DNA of 63,685 nt, the filler included, from Octopus bimaculoides (Eukaryota): the NCBI RefSeq assembly GCF_001194135.2. It is 9 parts of 9 records of this genome, joined end to end, with 100 filler letters (N's around TTAATTAATTAA, not from the genome) between each part and the next. Parts side by side here need not be neighbours in the genome. Positions count along the whole stretch, not along the records: positions 1 to 5,902 come from NC_068990.1; positions 6,003 to 14,984 come from NC_068994.1; 7 more parts are not named here. One strand, given 5' to 3'. Of this stretch, positions 1-12,941 are shown one piece after another. A program made the position numbers and the translations under genes. The notes below the pieces were generated by a model. That model saw only the letters and a list, made by a program, of their open reading frames with translations, searched no databases and was not told the origin of the DNA. The number at the start of each line of letters is the position of its first letter. The first letter of the stretch is position 1.

Positions 1-663
1 ATATATATATATATATATATATACGCACTTGGAGTTACTAATGGTGTAATATACGAAATGCAGCAATTTATCGGTGGTTGACGCTACACTACGTCGCTAC
101 AAAGAATTTCGCTCGTGACAGGTTCCTGGAGTAGTCTCATGACGTTATGAGTGTACGCTTGTGCTATATATGTGTGTGTAAATGTATATAAGTATGTGTA
201 TCTGTGTGTCTGTGTCTGTGTGTGTGTGTATGTGTAGGTATGTATGTATAAACGTACATACATATAAGCGTATATCAATAAAATACTCGTAGGCATGTAT
301 ATTTCTGTTTATTTTATATGCAATATATATAAATACATATATATATATACATATGTACTTATATATATATATATAAACACACGCGCATTTACACACGCAT
401 TCAAACACACACACACATATTTATACATATATACTTACGCAGCGATTAATATATTTATATATATTCTGTGTGATTAGTGCGATTATTTATGTGTTTGTGT
501 TTGTATATAAATAACTATTTTTCTACTTGCTTATACATGCATATATATTTGTGTGTATATCAAGGTGTATGTTTGGTTATGAGCTACTGGGTTTATTTAA
601 CTATGTTTGAATATCTTCATACAGCTATGTGTATGTGTATTTTCACAGTTTGTAAGATCATGT

Positions 664-713
<50 letters not shown>

Positions 714-1867
714 CGTAATAATAAACCTCAACTGCATAAATCAAAAATGAACCCAAATAATAAAATAATGTTATTATATTGGTCTTGTTTATTCCTAGTC
801 TATTTTTAATGAATTGAAGAAAAAATGCAGGAAAATGAAATCGAAAGCTAAAAAACAAAAATTTGCTGTGATTGGATGAACGGAAAAAATGGCGTTTGTT
901 CGTATTGGATGATTGGATAACTTGATAAATGATTTATGAATTCTTGTAACCTTATTAATACGGGTCAAAGACTTTTTCTGTCTAACTGTTAATAGAAAGG
1001 TAAAATACTTGCAAAATTTATACAACTATTTATATGACAATCGAAGGTTGGCAAGAGTTGAATATATGATATGGTGGTCTATTTCTTAGTGAGATGAGTC
1101 GCAGTATCGAATCTCGTTTGCAGCTACTTCACTTCATTTTTTATACTTATATACTTTCGATAGTCAAGAGAAGCACAATATCTTAATCCTTATTAAATAT
1201 AAAAGCCATTTCATCCTAGATCAAAAGGCGTTTGATGGTTGAGCTGAGTTTGCGACCAGGTTTCAATTATCACTAAAATAATTTCTTTAATCCTACCGGA
1301 ATATTTGCGTAAAATCATACCATTTTCACTAAATCTGGTACTTTTTCCTTAGGTAAAAGTTTTATATTGAAATTAGAATCGAAGAAATATCATAATTTCA
1401 ACAGAACACTAGAAAATATTTCACAAAAGGCAGGTTTTATCCGTTCAATCGGCACTACGTATTTTCAGCAGGATTTCATTTTTCCTAATATGAAAATTGA
1501 AATAACAACCATCATTTTTCGGTTACGGTTTTAATTTCTTATACCTACTTACATTTAAATCGATGGGTCCATAGTCAGTATCCTCGATAAATTATGATAA
1601 AGACATGAACAACTTCTTTTGCGGTACGTCTTTTTCAAGTACATTGTTTAAATGTTATGAGTTCAATTGTCGTGGGTTTCAATTTGAATTTCAACATTTT
1701 GTGAGCAATAAATATTAATAATAGTGAATGATTACATAACGAGTGCTAATCTATATAACAATCCACTTGAAATGTCTAGTCGTACAGCATTTGTCCACTT
1801 TTAAAAATCCTCCGTTACACCACAAATTTGTGATTTGCACTGTCGACTTAAATAACTTCGGAAGTAG

Positions 1868-2110
1868 GGGCCCGGTTACTGGAAGCTGAACGCGTCACTC
1901 CCACTCCCAGCGTACCAAGCTAACAGAGACAAGATTCGCGAATTAGTTAAGTAGGTGTTGACGTGGGTAGTCATCAGCAATAAATGGTGGTTTGCCTTGA
2001 AAAGAACAATAAAAGAAGGTTCACTTAGGTCTTTTAAAGCATTAGCAACAGAAAGCAATATAATTGAGGGTAAGTTAATTAGAAACTTAGAAGAGGCGCT
2101 TAGGAAAAGC
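1868..2110 (+). mobile_element. L1/Tx1-clade LINE ORF2 fragment (region after the endonuclease), decayed
   Basis: Reads GPGYWKLNASLPLPAYQANRDKIRELVK*VLTWVVISNKWWFALKRTIK; GxGYWKLN-SL is the typical L1/Tx1 post-endonuclease motif; one in-frame stop. Confidence 0.65.
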
Positions 2111-2270
2111 ATCTCCTCCTATAGGATGATGTGTGTGCGTGTGTCTCGAACGCAGAACAGATGTGAAAATAGCTCAGAAGATTGAGTAAATAATCATAGA
2201 AATCGGGAAACAGTGGCCACTAAGGTGTGTGTGTGTGTGTGTGTGCGTACGTGTGTGTGTGTGTGAGTGA

Positions 2271-2306
<36 letters not shown>

Positions 2307-2411
2307 ATCGATATCACCCAGTACAGTCTATTAGATTTATTCATAGCTTTGTGGATTTGTTTTCCCCACCATGGTTGGCCTTCAGTGTGTGGCTGATGGT
2401 GTGTAAGTATA

Positions 2412-2783
2412 TTCTTTTATTCTTTTACTTGCTTCAGTAATTTCACTGCGGCCATGCTGGAGCACTGCCTTGAAGGGTTTTAGTCGAACAAATGGACGCC
2501 GGGACTTATTTTTTAAGTGCAGTACTTATTCTATCGGTCCCTTTTGCCGAATTGCTAGTTTACGGGGTCGTAAACACACCAACACCAGTTGTCAAGCGCT
2601 GTGATTGAGGGACACTCACACACACACACACACACACATATGTGCATATATACATGCATACATGTGTGTGTGTGCGTGTGAGTGATTATGTATATACGAC
2701 GGGGACCCTTGCTCAAGATGCCACGCAATGGAACCGAACCTGGAACCATGTGGTTGAGAAGCAAACTTCTTAACATACAGCCA
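2412..2783 (-). mobile_element. SINE family A copy
   Basis: Reverse-complement match to 16644-17050, including the internal CA/TG tract. Confidence 0.8.
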
Positions 2784-2849
<66 letters not shown>

Positions 2850-5654
2850 TTAATATACATATGCATGTAACTATGTATTTATTTATACGCACATAAATGT
2901 TTATGTTTGTGAATGTGTGTGTATGTGTGTATATACTTATGGAGTTTTATGTGTGTGTATATGTTTGTGCGATTGTGTGTGCGCGGATGGTACGAAATCA
3001 TGCAGGATTCGAGCACAACGCAAATACTCGAGTCGTCATTAAACTAATGATATTTTCCCTCAGTGAGCGTGTACTTTTAATTAATTCAAATATTTTGGCT
3101 GACTACTTTCATTATGTTAACGCCCACTTCGCTAAATGATGCTTAATGTTATCCCCCAACACGCTAGTGTTCCTTTCACTTCAGTACTCGTGTTTTTGAA
3201 AATAAAATGTGTGAGAGTGTAAAACCCTTGCCTTTTTCTCGGTCATTCCCAGTGTAAAGACATATCAAATCTCTTCACACGGAAAAGCCAAAAGGAGTGG
3301 AGATCTGTGTTTGGCGGAGCTGACATCAGATTCAATGTGAAGTAATATGACCGCTTTGTTGCAATGGCATCAATAATAGAAGTAACAGTGTAGTGATATA
3401 TGATTAAGATATTTGTTTAGAGAGATAAGCTAATATGTTTATACTTTACTTCACGTTGCAAGTTACATGGAATTTTGCTGCAAAATATATCGTGTATGCA
3501 CCTAATTAGCTGATGAGAATTTGTCATATTCCTCATCATATTGAAGCACTCGTGGGAACTAACCTTTGTAAGCCATTGATAATGATTAGTGAATGCAATC
3601 TAGCACGGGATGTTCTTCCTTGTTCGATGTTAAAATCCCATGATATAATGCTGATGCGGGACTAATATTACATGTCAAAACTTCTGCATCGATGCTTGGG
3701 AGTGGGGTTACGACACGTCATGCATTTTGTTCATTAATAATGTTACATTCACAGTCACAATAGGCCAAAATCGATAGATTGTTAGATTCCTAGTGAAGAA
3801 GAATCAGCGGTTCGTGTTCTGGTATTGTTGCCGAAATTATTTGTTGCTGCTAAGAATAAACTCACTTTTCACTTTGTTATCCACATCATGTTTATAATAT
3901 TTTCAATTAATTAAAACATCGAGATAGCTTCGGCTATTTTCTTTCACTAGAAATCATCATTATGTTAACGATCCTTTTCCTGCAAATGCATTCATATTTG
4001 ATTCGGCAAACATTTCTTGGTTGACTACAATAAATATACTAATGTTGATTATATTGCTTGGCTTCTATGCAAAAGTGTCCTTAGGGATCTCCCTTAGTCC
4101 TCAACTCTATCGTTTGATTTTTCTTCTACGTATATTTATTTCTGATTTGCTCTTTAATGTTCCAAACACGAAATATATTAACATTTATTTCAATATTAAA
4201 TATGTTAAACTCGACTTCATGTCTGCAAATAGTAGCTCTAAGTCATTTACTATGTTTGTCAATACTGACGTGGCTATGAAATATGTTAACATTAATTCAG
4301 TTATTAAATATGATAATGTTTATTTAATTGTTACATATCAACACTAACTTAACTATTATTTTTGTTTGTTTGTTTCTTGAGGGAGTCTTTTGGTATAATA
4401 TTTTTTCGAGCATCAGATCTTTGAATTATTCAATCCTACAAGAGAATCGTATTAATATTAAATGATAGTACTGCATATTTTTTAAGTGTCACGTTGATTC
4501 CTAGTTCTCTATTTAGATTAATAGATACATCTAATTATAAATATTCAATACAGTTCGTATATAATATTTTTCTTTCGTTGTTTTACCCTTGAAGTTGTAA
4601 GGAAGGAGAATGTACATGGGTTGAGTATACCTCAATATATGACAGGCAGAGATGGAAATTATGCTATATCCTCGTTTGTTATGCACTCTCAACTCAACTG
4701 TGCCGGGGGAACGAAGCTGGCGTGTAATGCTTCTGATCATGAATATGCTCAATTAGAGGTGGCTTCAAGGAAAACGACAAGAACTATAACAATAGTTATG
4801 AATTTCGAAGAGCACAGAACGATTATAAGTCCAAATCGATTCTTGCAAGATTTTATTTCAGAATGTAAACAAAAGAAATTAGTTATTTTAAGACATTACG
4901 TTCGGTATTGTACCAGATTCTGATAACTCAACTCACAGTGAGATAAATAAAGATTAGATTATATTTACTATTAAAGCCTTATATTTTATAGAAAAAAAAA
5001 AAATGTAATATCAATGTCTTTACTGAGATGATTAGTAACATCCAATGAAAGAAGGAGTTTCAACATGGCAATTCGGTATACAAGAATTAGTAGTGGTTTC
5101 TTATTCAAGTCACATACCCTCTAGTCTTAGGAAATGAAGGACACACTGGGCAACGTAGGCATATAAGAAGTAATGTTTATGGTGTAGATATATACTGCAT
5201 TTAATATAAGCACGAAAAAAAATAATAATTGTCTTTGGGATATGGCGCAAGACCAGCAATATGAGGGGAATTCAATACAATTGTACGGCATTTTATCCCT
5301 TGAAATTAAGAAACATAAAGGTGAGTGCGGCGAGATTTGAGCTCAGAACATAGAGAGCCGGAAGATTCTATCGGGTCGTAGTTATCAAACTGAAGTAATA
5401 ATAATTAAACAGAAGCATAAGAGGGAGCCATAGACTATATGTAGAACGACGAATTAGTTTAGTTTCATTATTTCATGTTCAGAGTTCAAATTTTCACAAT
5501 TCCTACCATATATTTCATCATAGGATATAAACTAAGTAAGTACCAGCAATATCTATCTTCTACTTGTTTCAGTTACAAAACCGCGGCCGTGCTAGGAATT
5601 TTAGTGGATGTAATCAACACCAGTACTTCATTTCTTTTTTTTTTTTTTATAGTT

Positions 5655-5900
5655 TGTACTATTCTATCGGACTCTTTCATGGACTGCTAACTTACGGGGA
5701 CAAACACAGACACAGAGGTGCATGCATATCTATAATATATTTATAACTTCTTTCAATTTCCAACCAAATCCTCTCACAAGGCTTTGGTCGGCCCAAGACT
5801 ATAGTAGAAGACACTTGCCCGAGGTGCCACGCTCTGGGACTGAACTGGAAACCATGTAGTTGGGAAGCTATCATCTTACCACACAGCCACGCCTGCGCCT
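5655..5900 (-). mobile_element. SINE family A copy (partial)
   Basis: Reverse-complement match to the head and body of 16644-17050. Confidence 0.8.
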
Positions 5901-5902
5901 AT

Positions 5903-6002
5903 NNNNNNNNNNNNNNNNNNNNNNNNNNNNNNNNNNNNNNNNNNNNTTAATTAATTAANNNNNNNNNNNNNNNNNNNNNNNNNNNNNNNNNNNNNNNNNN
6001 NN
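5903..6002. other. Artificial scaffold linker
   Basis: 44 N + TTAATTAATTAA + 44 N = 100 nt; the 12-mer has stops in all six frames. Confidence 0.95.
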
Positions 6003-6894
6003 ATGTATATATATATATGTATATATATATATATGTATGTATATATATATATATATGTATGTATGTATGTATAGATGTGTGTATATATGTATATATATAT
6101 TTATATATATATGTATGTATTTACATACACGTGTGAGTGTGTATAATAAAATAAAGATGTGTACATAAGAATAAATATTAATATGGATATAAAGCGAAAA
6201 ACAACACTAACTGCAACAATAAAACCACCATCAACATCACCAGCAGCAGCACCATCAACACCAACAGCAACCAACATCCACCCACCACCACCTCCACCAT
6301 ACACGTACAATAGCAATAACAACAAAGATAATAATAATAATAATTACAGATTAAATAGAAATCTAAGCGAAAAACAAACATCAACCATAATAAAGTACAT
6401 GAACGTTTTAAATTGAAAGCGAGTTATTGGAAAAACAATTTAATTCGATCAAACTGCTGTTGAAAACTATTGCAGACCCATTTATACATACACACACACA
6501 CACACATACACACGCGCGCGTAGAACTACACACACACATGCTTCTGTGTGAGTTCACATACATACATAACTACATACATACATATTTATGTATATATATG
6601 TATATATATATATATATATGTGTGTGTGTGGATAGGCATGTACGGGATATTTATGTATACACATGTCCATCTGTATGTATAACGTGTGTGTGTGTATAAT
6701 GATTACATGTAAATATAGGTAAGCTGGTGTATTTAATGTCATTGTTTCACATCTGTTTTCACGGAGGATTTTTCACGAGACGCTTCTTGGTTGATACAGT
6801 AAAAAGCGTGGAACCTAAATCGAGGAATCGTGTTCGATTCTGGCTAGAGATCTCTCTGGTTGTGTTTATAATCTGATATATATTTTATGTTGAC

Positions 6895-7236
6895 CAGTGG
6901 TTCTCACCTAGGATTCAAATGACCCCTGGGGGAACCATATAATATTCTTGGGTGTCCATATAATCAATATAGTAAAATGGGAGTCCACAGCATTATTTCA
7001 ATTGTCAATGAAAAAATTTTGATTTAAATGTATTTACAGCAAGAAACAGCTCAACTTCTTTCTATAACGTTTTATATAGTTCAAACTACACAAGTAGATG
7101 CGTTAAAAGACCAAATAGGAATTTTGAATGAGGTATCTATAAAATTAGTTTTTAAACCTCGAATAGCTATAGGGGTCCACCAGAGTGAAATAGTAATGAA
7201 AGGGATCCATAGAGAAAGCATAGTTGAGAACTATTG
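6895..7236. mobile_element. hAT-type non-autonomous element (MITE), 342 bp
   Basis: Imperfect TIRs CAGTGGTTCTCACCT...AGTTGAGAACTATTG; exact 8-bp TSD ATGTTGAC at 6887-6894 and 7237-7244. Confidence 0.85.
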
Positions 7237-7540
7237 ATGTTGACCGTACATCAATAACAACTGTTGATTCGTGAATCCAAACAAAATCCCAACCGACTGA
7301 GAATCCTTACAATGATTAAGCTGTAAAATGTATTTTGTAGTTGTTATTAGCGGCTTATTATCAGACCAACACCATTGTGTTGACTTAGAGAAAATTCTCT
7401 GATTTTAAGCTAAGGCGTGGATAAAGCAAGCTTTAACCCACAAACATAATGGTAATGAGGATGAAAATGGCACATAGGAGACAGTTTATAATATTACAAT
7501 AGTTAATATAACATTTATTTGATTATCATTTCCAAACGAA

Positions 7541-7730
7541 GAAGGCGGCAAGCTAGCAGAAACGTTAGTAGGCCGGGCGAAATGCTTAGTGGTATTTCGT
7601 CTGTCTTTACACTCTGAGTTTGCCTGTCATTTTTTCGGGGCTCAATAAATTAAGTACCAGTCGATTTAATCGACTGGCCCCCTCCTCCCAAAATTTCGGG
7701 CCTTGTGCCTAGATTAGAAAAGATTATTTT
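7541..7730 (+). mobile_element. SINE family B (GGCGGCGAGCTGGCAGAA head); other copies at about 5220-5380(-), 8577-8790(+), 15393-15575(-), 28538-28760(+), 40250-40460(-), 48790-49015(-), 51600-51740(-)
   Basis: Shared head AAGGCGGC-AGCTGGCAGAA-CGTTAG and 3' end CCCCCAAAATTTCAGGCCTTGTGCC-TAGTAGAAAGGATTATT across dispersed copies. Confidence 0.75.
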
Positions 7731-8007
7731 CAAATGAAGGGAAAGATTATACAGATCAAAAGGGAAATAAACTTCATATTCTGTTTTTACTTTTCTTGAG
7801 TCCTAGGACTCATAATTCCGCTAACCAAAATGCCATAGCGTATGAGTCACCGAATTCACAACCCCCCCCCCCCCGTTCCGTTACAGGGTTCAACAGCAGT
7901 AGATTTGAGGGGAAGGAGCAAATCAATTACATCGATTACATAGCTGGTACGATATAATAATGATTTTGCGGTGTCTTTGCAGCAAAATACAGTAGTATGA
8001 AAAAATC

Positions 8008-8457
8008 TTTGCTTTAGATATTTGTATTGGTATATATTACAAGAAATAGATAGGTTTCTTTCTCCAACATTTTACATAGTTCAATCTACACAAGTGAATG
8101 TGTGAAAAAACAAAAAGAATTTTGAAAGATGTTTCTATAAAACTAGTTTTTAAACATCGAATGGCTATGGGAGTCCACCAGGGTAAAATAGTAATCAAAG
8201 AGACCCATAGTTAAAAAATGATTGAGACACTCTGCTTTAGATGTATGTATTGGTATGTATTGCAAGAAACAGCTAGGTTTCTTTCTCTAACATTTTACAA
8301 AGTTCAACCTACACAAGATGTGTGGAAAACAAAATAGGAAGTTTGAAAGAAGTTTCCATGAAACTACTTTTTAAAGATCGAATAGCTATGGGAGTTCACC
8401 AGAATCAAATAGTAATCAAAAGGGTCCATAGATTAAAAAAAAGGTTGAGAACCCCTG
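8008..8457. mobile_element. Two tandem 3'-partial copies of the same hAT MITE
   Basis: Two ~225-bp units homologous to ~7030-7236; the second ends in the TIR GGTTGAGAACCCCTG. Confidence 0.75.
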
Positions 8458-9496
8458 TACTCGAGAAACCTGAAAAAATAAGTGTAATATGAAATTATTT
8501 AATTTTAAAAAATCGAAAGTTTCACTACTCTGCAAAATACAGTGTTGTGATAGCATTACTATTAGAAGAAATCATAAGTGGCAACGAGCTGACAGAATCG
8601 TTAACACGCCGGACTAAATGCTGCTAAGCATTTTGTCCGTTTTTACGTTTTGAGTTCAAAGTGTGCCGTGGTTGACCTTGCCTTTCATTCTTTCGTGATC
8701 GATAAAATAAGTACCAGCCGAATTCTGGGGTCGATGTAATCGACTAGTCCCTTCCCCCGAAATTGTTAGCCGTTTGCCTAATAAATGAACGAAACAGGTA
8801 AAGGATATGTGTGTGTGTGCGTCACACTTTAAACACTATCGTTAGTTCACTCACTCGTGATACACACACACATATACATATACATATACATATATATATA
8901 TATATATATACATATAGATATATATATATATATACACANNNNNNNNNNTATAATATAGGATAAATTCTTTATAAGAATTTATCAAGTAGTCAGCGTGAAA
9001 AAACCTCATAATGAAAAAAATAATGAAAAAAATTTCATAATGAAAAAAATTCATCATTTTTTCATAAATATATATAAATCATTTATATAAAGGGCATTAA
9101 CTGTGTAGTAATGCCTCACGCTTCGAGAGACTAAATAAGTCAAAAACTACCAAAAAATAAGCAACATATTTACTGAAAGCGAGAGAATGCAGCTTTCAAA
9201 ATTTATCTCTTAAAAACATTTAACTTAACGGTAAACCACTGGTTTCTCAATCATATATATATATATATGTATGTATATATACGTGTGTGGACACGGGTGA
9301 TATGTATAGCCTGAAAAGGTTTTGTACCGTCATTTAACCAAATTCCATTCATAATATATTACACAAACGGATGATATCCCCCCACCACCACAGTTGCGAA
9401 ACGAACTATAAGCCACAACGCCATGATTGTACCTACAGTCAGAAAATAACTTTTGGAAATAGTATTTGGGAATAAGGTAACAACGTATGTACGTAC

Positions 9497-9537
<41 letters not shown>

Positions 9538-10347
9538 GTGTGTGTGTGTTTGTGTGTGTGAAATAGAATTCTTCGTCTGTCCTGTCGACAGCAATAACTC
9601 TTCATTTATGACTTTAACCCACCAAACCTGACTATATTTATAATAATAAAATAAAAAAAACGCACCGATTCTATATTTACAAATATCATTACTCGGAAGC
9701 AATAAACACATTTTTGACAATCATTGTTGAGAGCGGTTAGAATTCGGAATAAATAATAGATTTTCTTTACCAGCTATCTTATAATTAACTTTCTCCTCAA
9801 TGTATTACGTTGTTTTTACATTTAAAATTTATGATACGTATATACTCACCCACACATGTAAACATATATGGATTATACATAGTTATATACGGGAGAGGTA
9901 TGTGTCGGTGTAAAATGCATGTAGTTATGTTTATACTTGCGCATATAAAAATTTATAAATTATAAAGAAATACCCATACTCGCATATAAGTATGTATGTG
10001 TATATAAAGTGTCAATAAATATATGTGTATATAAACGTGCATACGCATATACATTACTGTTCATAAACAATGTGTAGGTGTATGGCTTAGTGGTTAGAAT
10101 GTTGCAATTATTATCATAAAATTAGGGGTTTCGATTCCGTGGTTGAGTGTTGTGTTGAACCACATTCCTCACGATTTCGTCCGTCCGTGATAACTATTTC
10201 ATCGAAGTTTCCATCGAAGTTAATAAACATAAAGATAGCACCGGGAAAACTACCGTTGTTTATCCCCATTTCAATCACACAAATTTCATTGGCACTTATA
10301 TTTCTGATATATGTAGGCGTAAGTGTATGAATATTTGTACATATTTG

Positions 10348-10382
<35 letters not shown>

Positions 10383-11216
10383 GTACATATATTGATATTG
10401 ATATACAAAGCCATGTATCTTGCGATATGGTGCTTTATCGCTAATANNNNNNNNNNNNNNNNNNNNNNNNNNNNNNNNNNNNNNNNNNNNNNNNNNNNNN
10501 NNNNNNNNNNNNNNNNNNNNNNNNNNNNNNNNNNNNNNNNNNNNNNNNNNNNNNNNNNNNNNNNNNNNNNNNNNNNNNNNNNNNNNNNNNNNNNNNNNNN
10601 NNNNNNNNNNNNNNNNNNNNNNNNNNNNNNNNNNNNNNNNNNNNNNNNNNNNNNNNNNNNNNNNNNNNNNNNNNNNNNNNNNNNNNNNNNNNNNNNNNNN
10701 NNNNNNNNNNNNNNNNNNNNNNNNNNNNNNNNNNNNNNNNNNNNNNNNNNNNNNNNNNNNNNNNNNNNNNNNNNNNNNNNNNNNNNNNNNNNNNNNNNNN
10801 NNNNNNNNNNNNNNNNNNNNNNNNNNNNNNNNNNNNNNNNNNNNNNNNNNNNNNNNNNNNNNNNNNNNNNNNNNNNNNNNNNNNNNNNNNNNNNNNNNNN
10901 NNNNNNNNNNNNNNNNNNNNNNNNNNNNNNNNNNNNNNNNNNNNNNNNNNNNNNNNNNNNNNNNNNNNNNNNNNNNNNNNNNNNNNNNNNNNNNNNNNNN
11001 NNNNNNNNNNNNNNNNNNNNNNNNNNNNNNNNNNNNNNNNNNNNNNNNNNNNNNNNNNNNNNNNNNNNNNNNNNNNNNNNNNNNNNNNNNNNNNNNNNNN
11101 NNNNNNNNNNNNNNNNNNNNNNNNNNNNNNNNNNNNNNNNNNNNNNNNNNNNNNNNNNNNNNNNCCAAAGCCTTGTGAGTGGGTGTGATAGACGGAAATT
11201 AAAAGAAGCCCGTTCA

Positions 11217-11251
<35 letters not shown>

Positions 11252-11255
<4 letters not shown>

Positions 11256-11460
11256 GGGTAAGCACTACCTCCTCCAGGCACTTGATGTAGGCCTCTGTGC
11301 TGAATCTCTGACCCTGTGCAAACATGGATGGAGACAGAACGCCGCCATCACAAGCGATCACTCCAAACACCATGATGTTGGCTGAATGTTTGATTTTTAT
11401 CACTCTTTGTACATGTTTTGGGGACACGGCAAGCTAAAGGTTGTTCCGTATGTTCCCCAT
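11252..11460 (-). pseudogene. IS630-Tc1-mariner transposase fragment (maT/DD37D-like), decayed
   Basis: QMGNIRNNL*LAVSPKHVQRVIKIKHSANIMVFGVIACDGGVLSPSMFAQGQRFSTEAYIKCLEEVVL; the KHxAxxMVFGVIxxDG...P..F..G.R...Y...LE pattern matches this transposase family. Confidence 0.7.
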
Positions 11461-11644
11461 CTGTTCGTATTGGAGCTTTCGGTGGCAATGTCAAGCAGTA
11501 CAGCATGTCGTTTCCAAATTTTTGGCAGAGTGAATTGCGTCACGGTGCTGTTTTTTTTTCTTCTCACAGACGGTGTCCAACTGACCCTACAATACTGTGT
11601 GTTTGACAAAATCAAAACCAAACAACATTACGCATGCGCGAAAT

Positions 11645-11913
11645 TCGGTTATCGAGCGTTGGTAGGGAGAAAAACACAGACACAAACAGACAAATACATA
11701 CATAGACACACACACACACACACGCACACACACACACACATATATATATATACGACAGGTTTCTTCGAGTTTCCTTCTAACAAATCCACTCACAAGATTT
11801 TGGTCGGCTCGAGGCTATAGTAGAAGACACTTGCCCACGGTATCACGAAGTGGTACTGAAACCGGAACCATGTGGTTGGGAAGCAAGCTCTTTACCACAC
11901 AGCCGCCCCTGCG
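11645..11913 (-). mobile_element. SINE family A copy
   Basis: Reverse-complement match, with internal (CA)n. Confidence 0.75.
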
Positions 11914-12499
11914 CGCGCGCACAAACACACGCACACATATATATAGTCATGTACATACACATATATATATATATGTATGTATGTATATGTGTGTATATAT
12001 ATATATATNNNNNNNNNNATATATATATATATATACACTTCCACAAATACACTCACTCATACATACACTCATGCACACACACATACACACATACATTTCT
12101 ATGTGTGCGTATGTAAGTTTCAATAGAATAATCACCAATTAAATACTGGGAACAATTTCCTCATTTATCGCATTATTGTGTCTGGAATAGCTATAACGTT
12201 TTAACTATATTTAATTATTTACAGCAATAAAATTTATGTTCAGATTGTAGAAAGATCTTCCAGCAGATAGTTATATATTTATGGTTAAATTTTGCTTAAC
12301 TTCTAAACTTCTGTATATTAGAAATATCTGTGAAGGAGTCCAGTTAAAGAGAATACTTCTGCTTCTCTAGTGCATAAACAGCATGGTATTTCCAATAAGA
12401 TTACTCTTCCTACGGTTTGCTGTTTTTTTTTTGTCACGTATTCCGTTATACAGTTTATATATCTATATAAAGGCATATTTTTAAAGATATAATAATAAT

Positions 12500-12749
12500 A
12501 TAATGCGCCCTTTCAAAGCCTAGCCAGGCTCATGAGCCCAGTTTCCCGGTTTCAATGGCGTACGTGTTCCACAGCTGGACGGGACGCAAGTTCATCGCAT
12601 CGTTACTCATTTTTGCCAGCTGAGTGGACTGGAGCAACGCGAAATGAAGTCTTTTGCTCAAGAACACAACGCGTCGCCCGGTCCAGGAATCGAAACCACA
12701 ATCTTACGACCATGATGCTGACACCCTAACAACAAGTCACGCGCCTCCA
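12500..12749 (-). mobile_element. tRNA-derived SINE family C (head 1 + body Y)
   Basis: Reverse strand GTGGAGGCGCGTG...GTTTCGATTCC (B-box)...CAGTCCACTCAGCTGGCAAAAATGAGTA. Confidence 0.75.
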
Positions 12750-12903
12750 CAAGATCTAATATTACAACATAAAACACTTTAAAAAATCAGTCACTATTTA
12801 TTGCTTATAAACATACATTCATACATACATGCATACATGCATTCATACATACATACATACATACATACATATACGTATCTATCTATCTATATTATATATA
12901 TGC

Positions 12904-12941
<38 letters not shown>

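Noticed and set aside
795-1025. Possible nuclear mitochondrial insertion (+ frame open if TGA is read as Trp) or GPCR fragment (- frame)
   Set aside because: Neither translation resembles a mitochondrial protein or a 7TM motif I can recognise.
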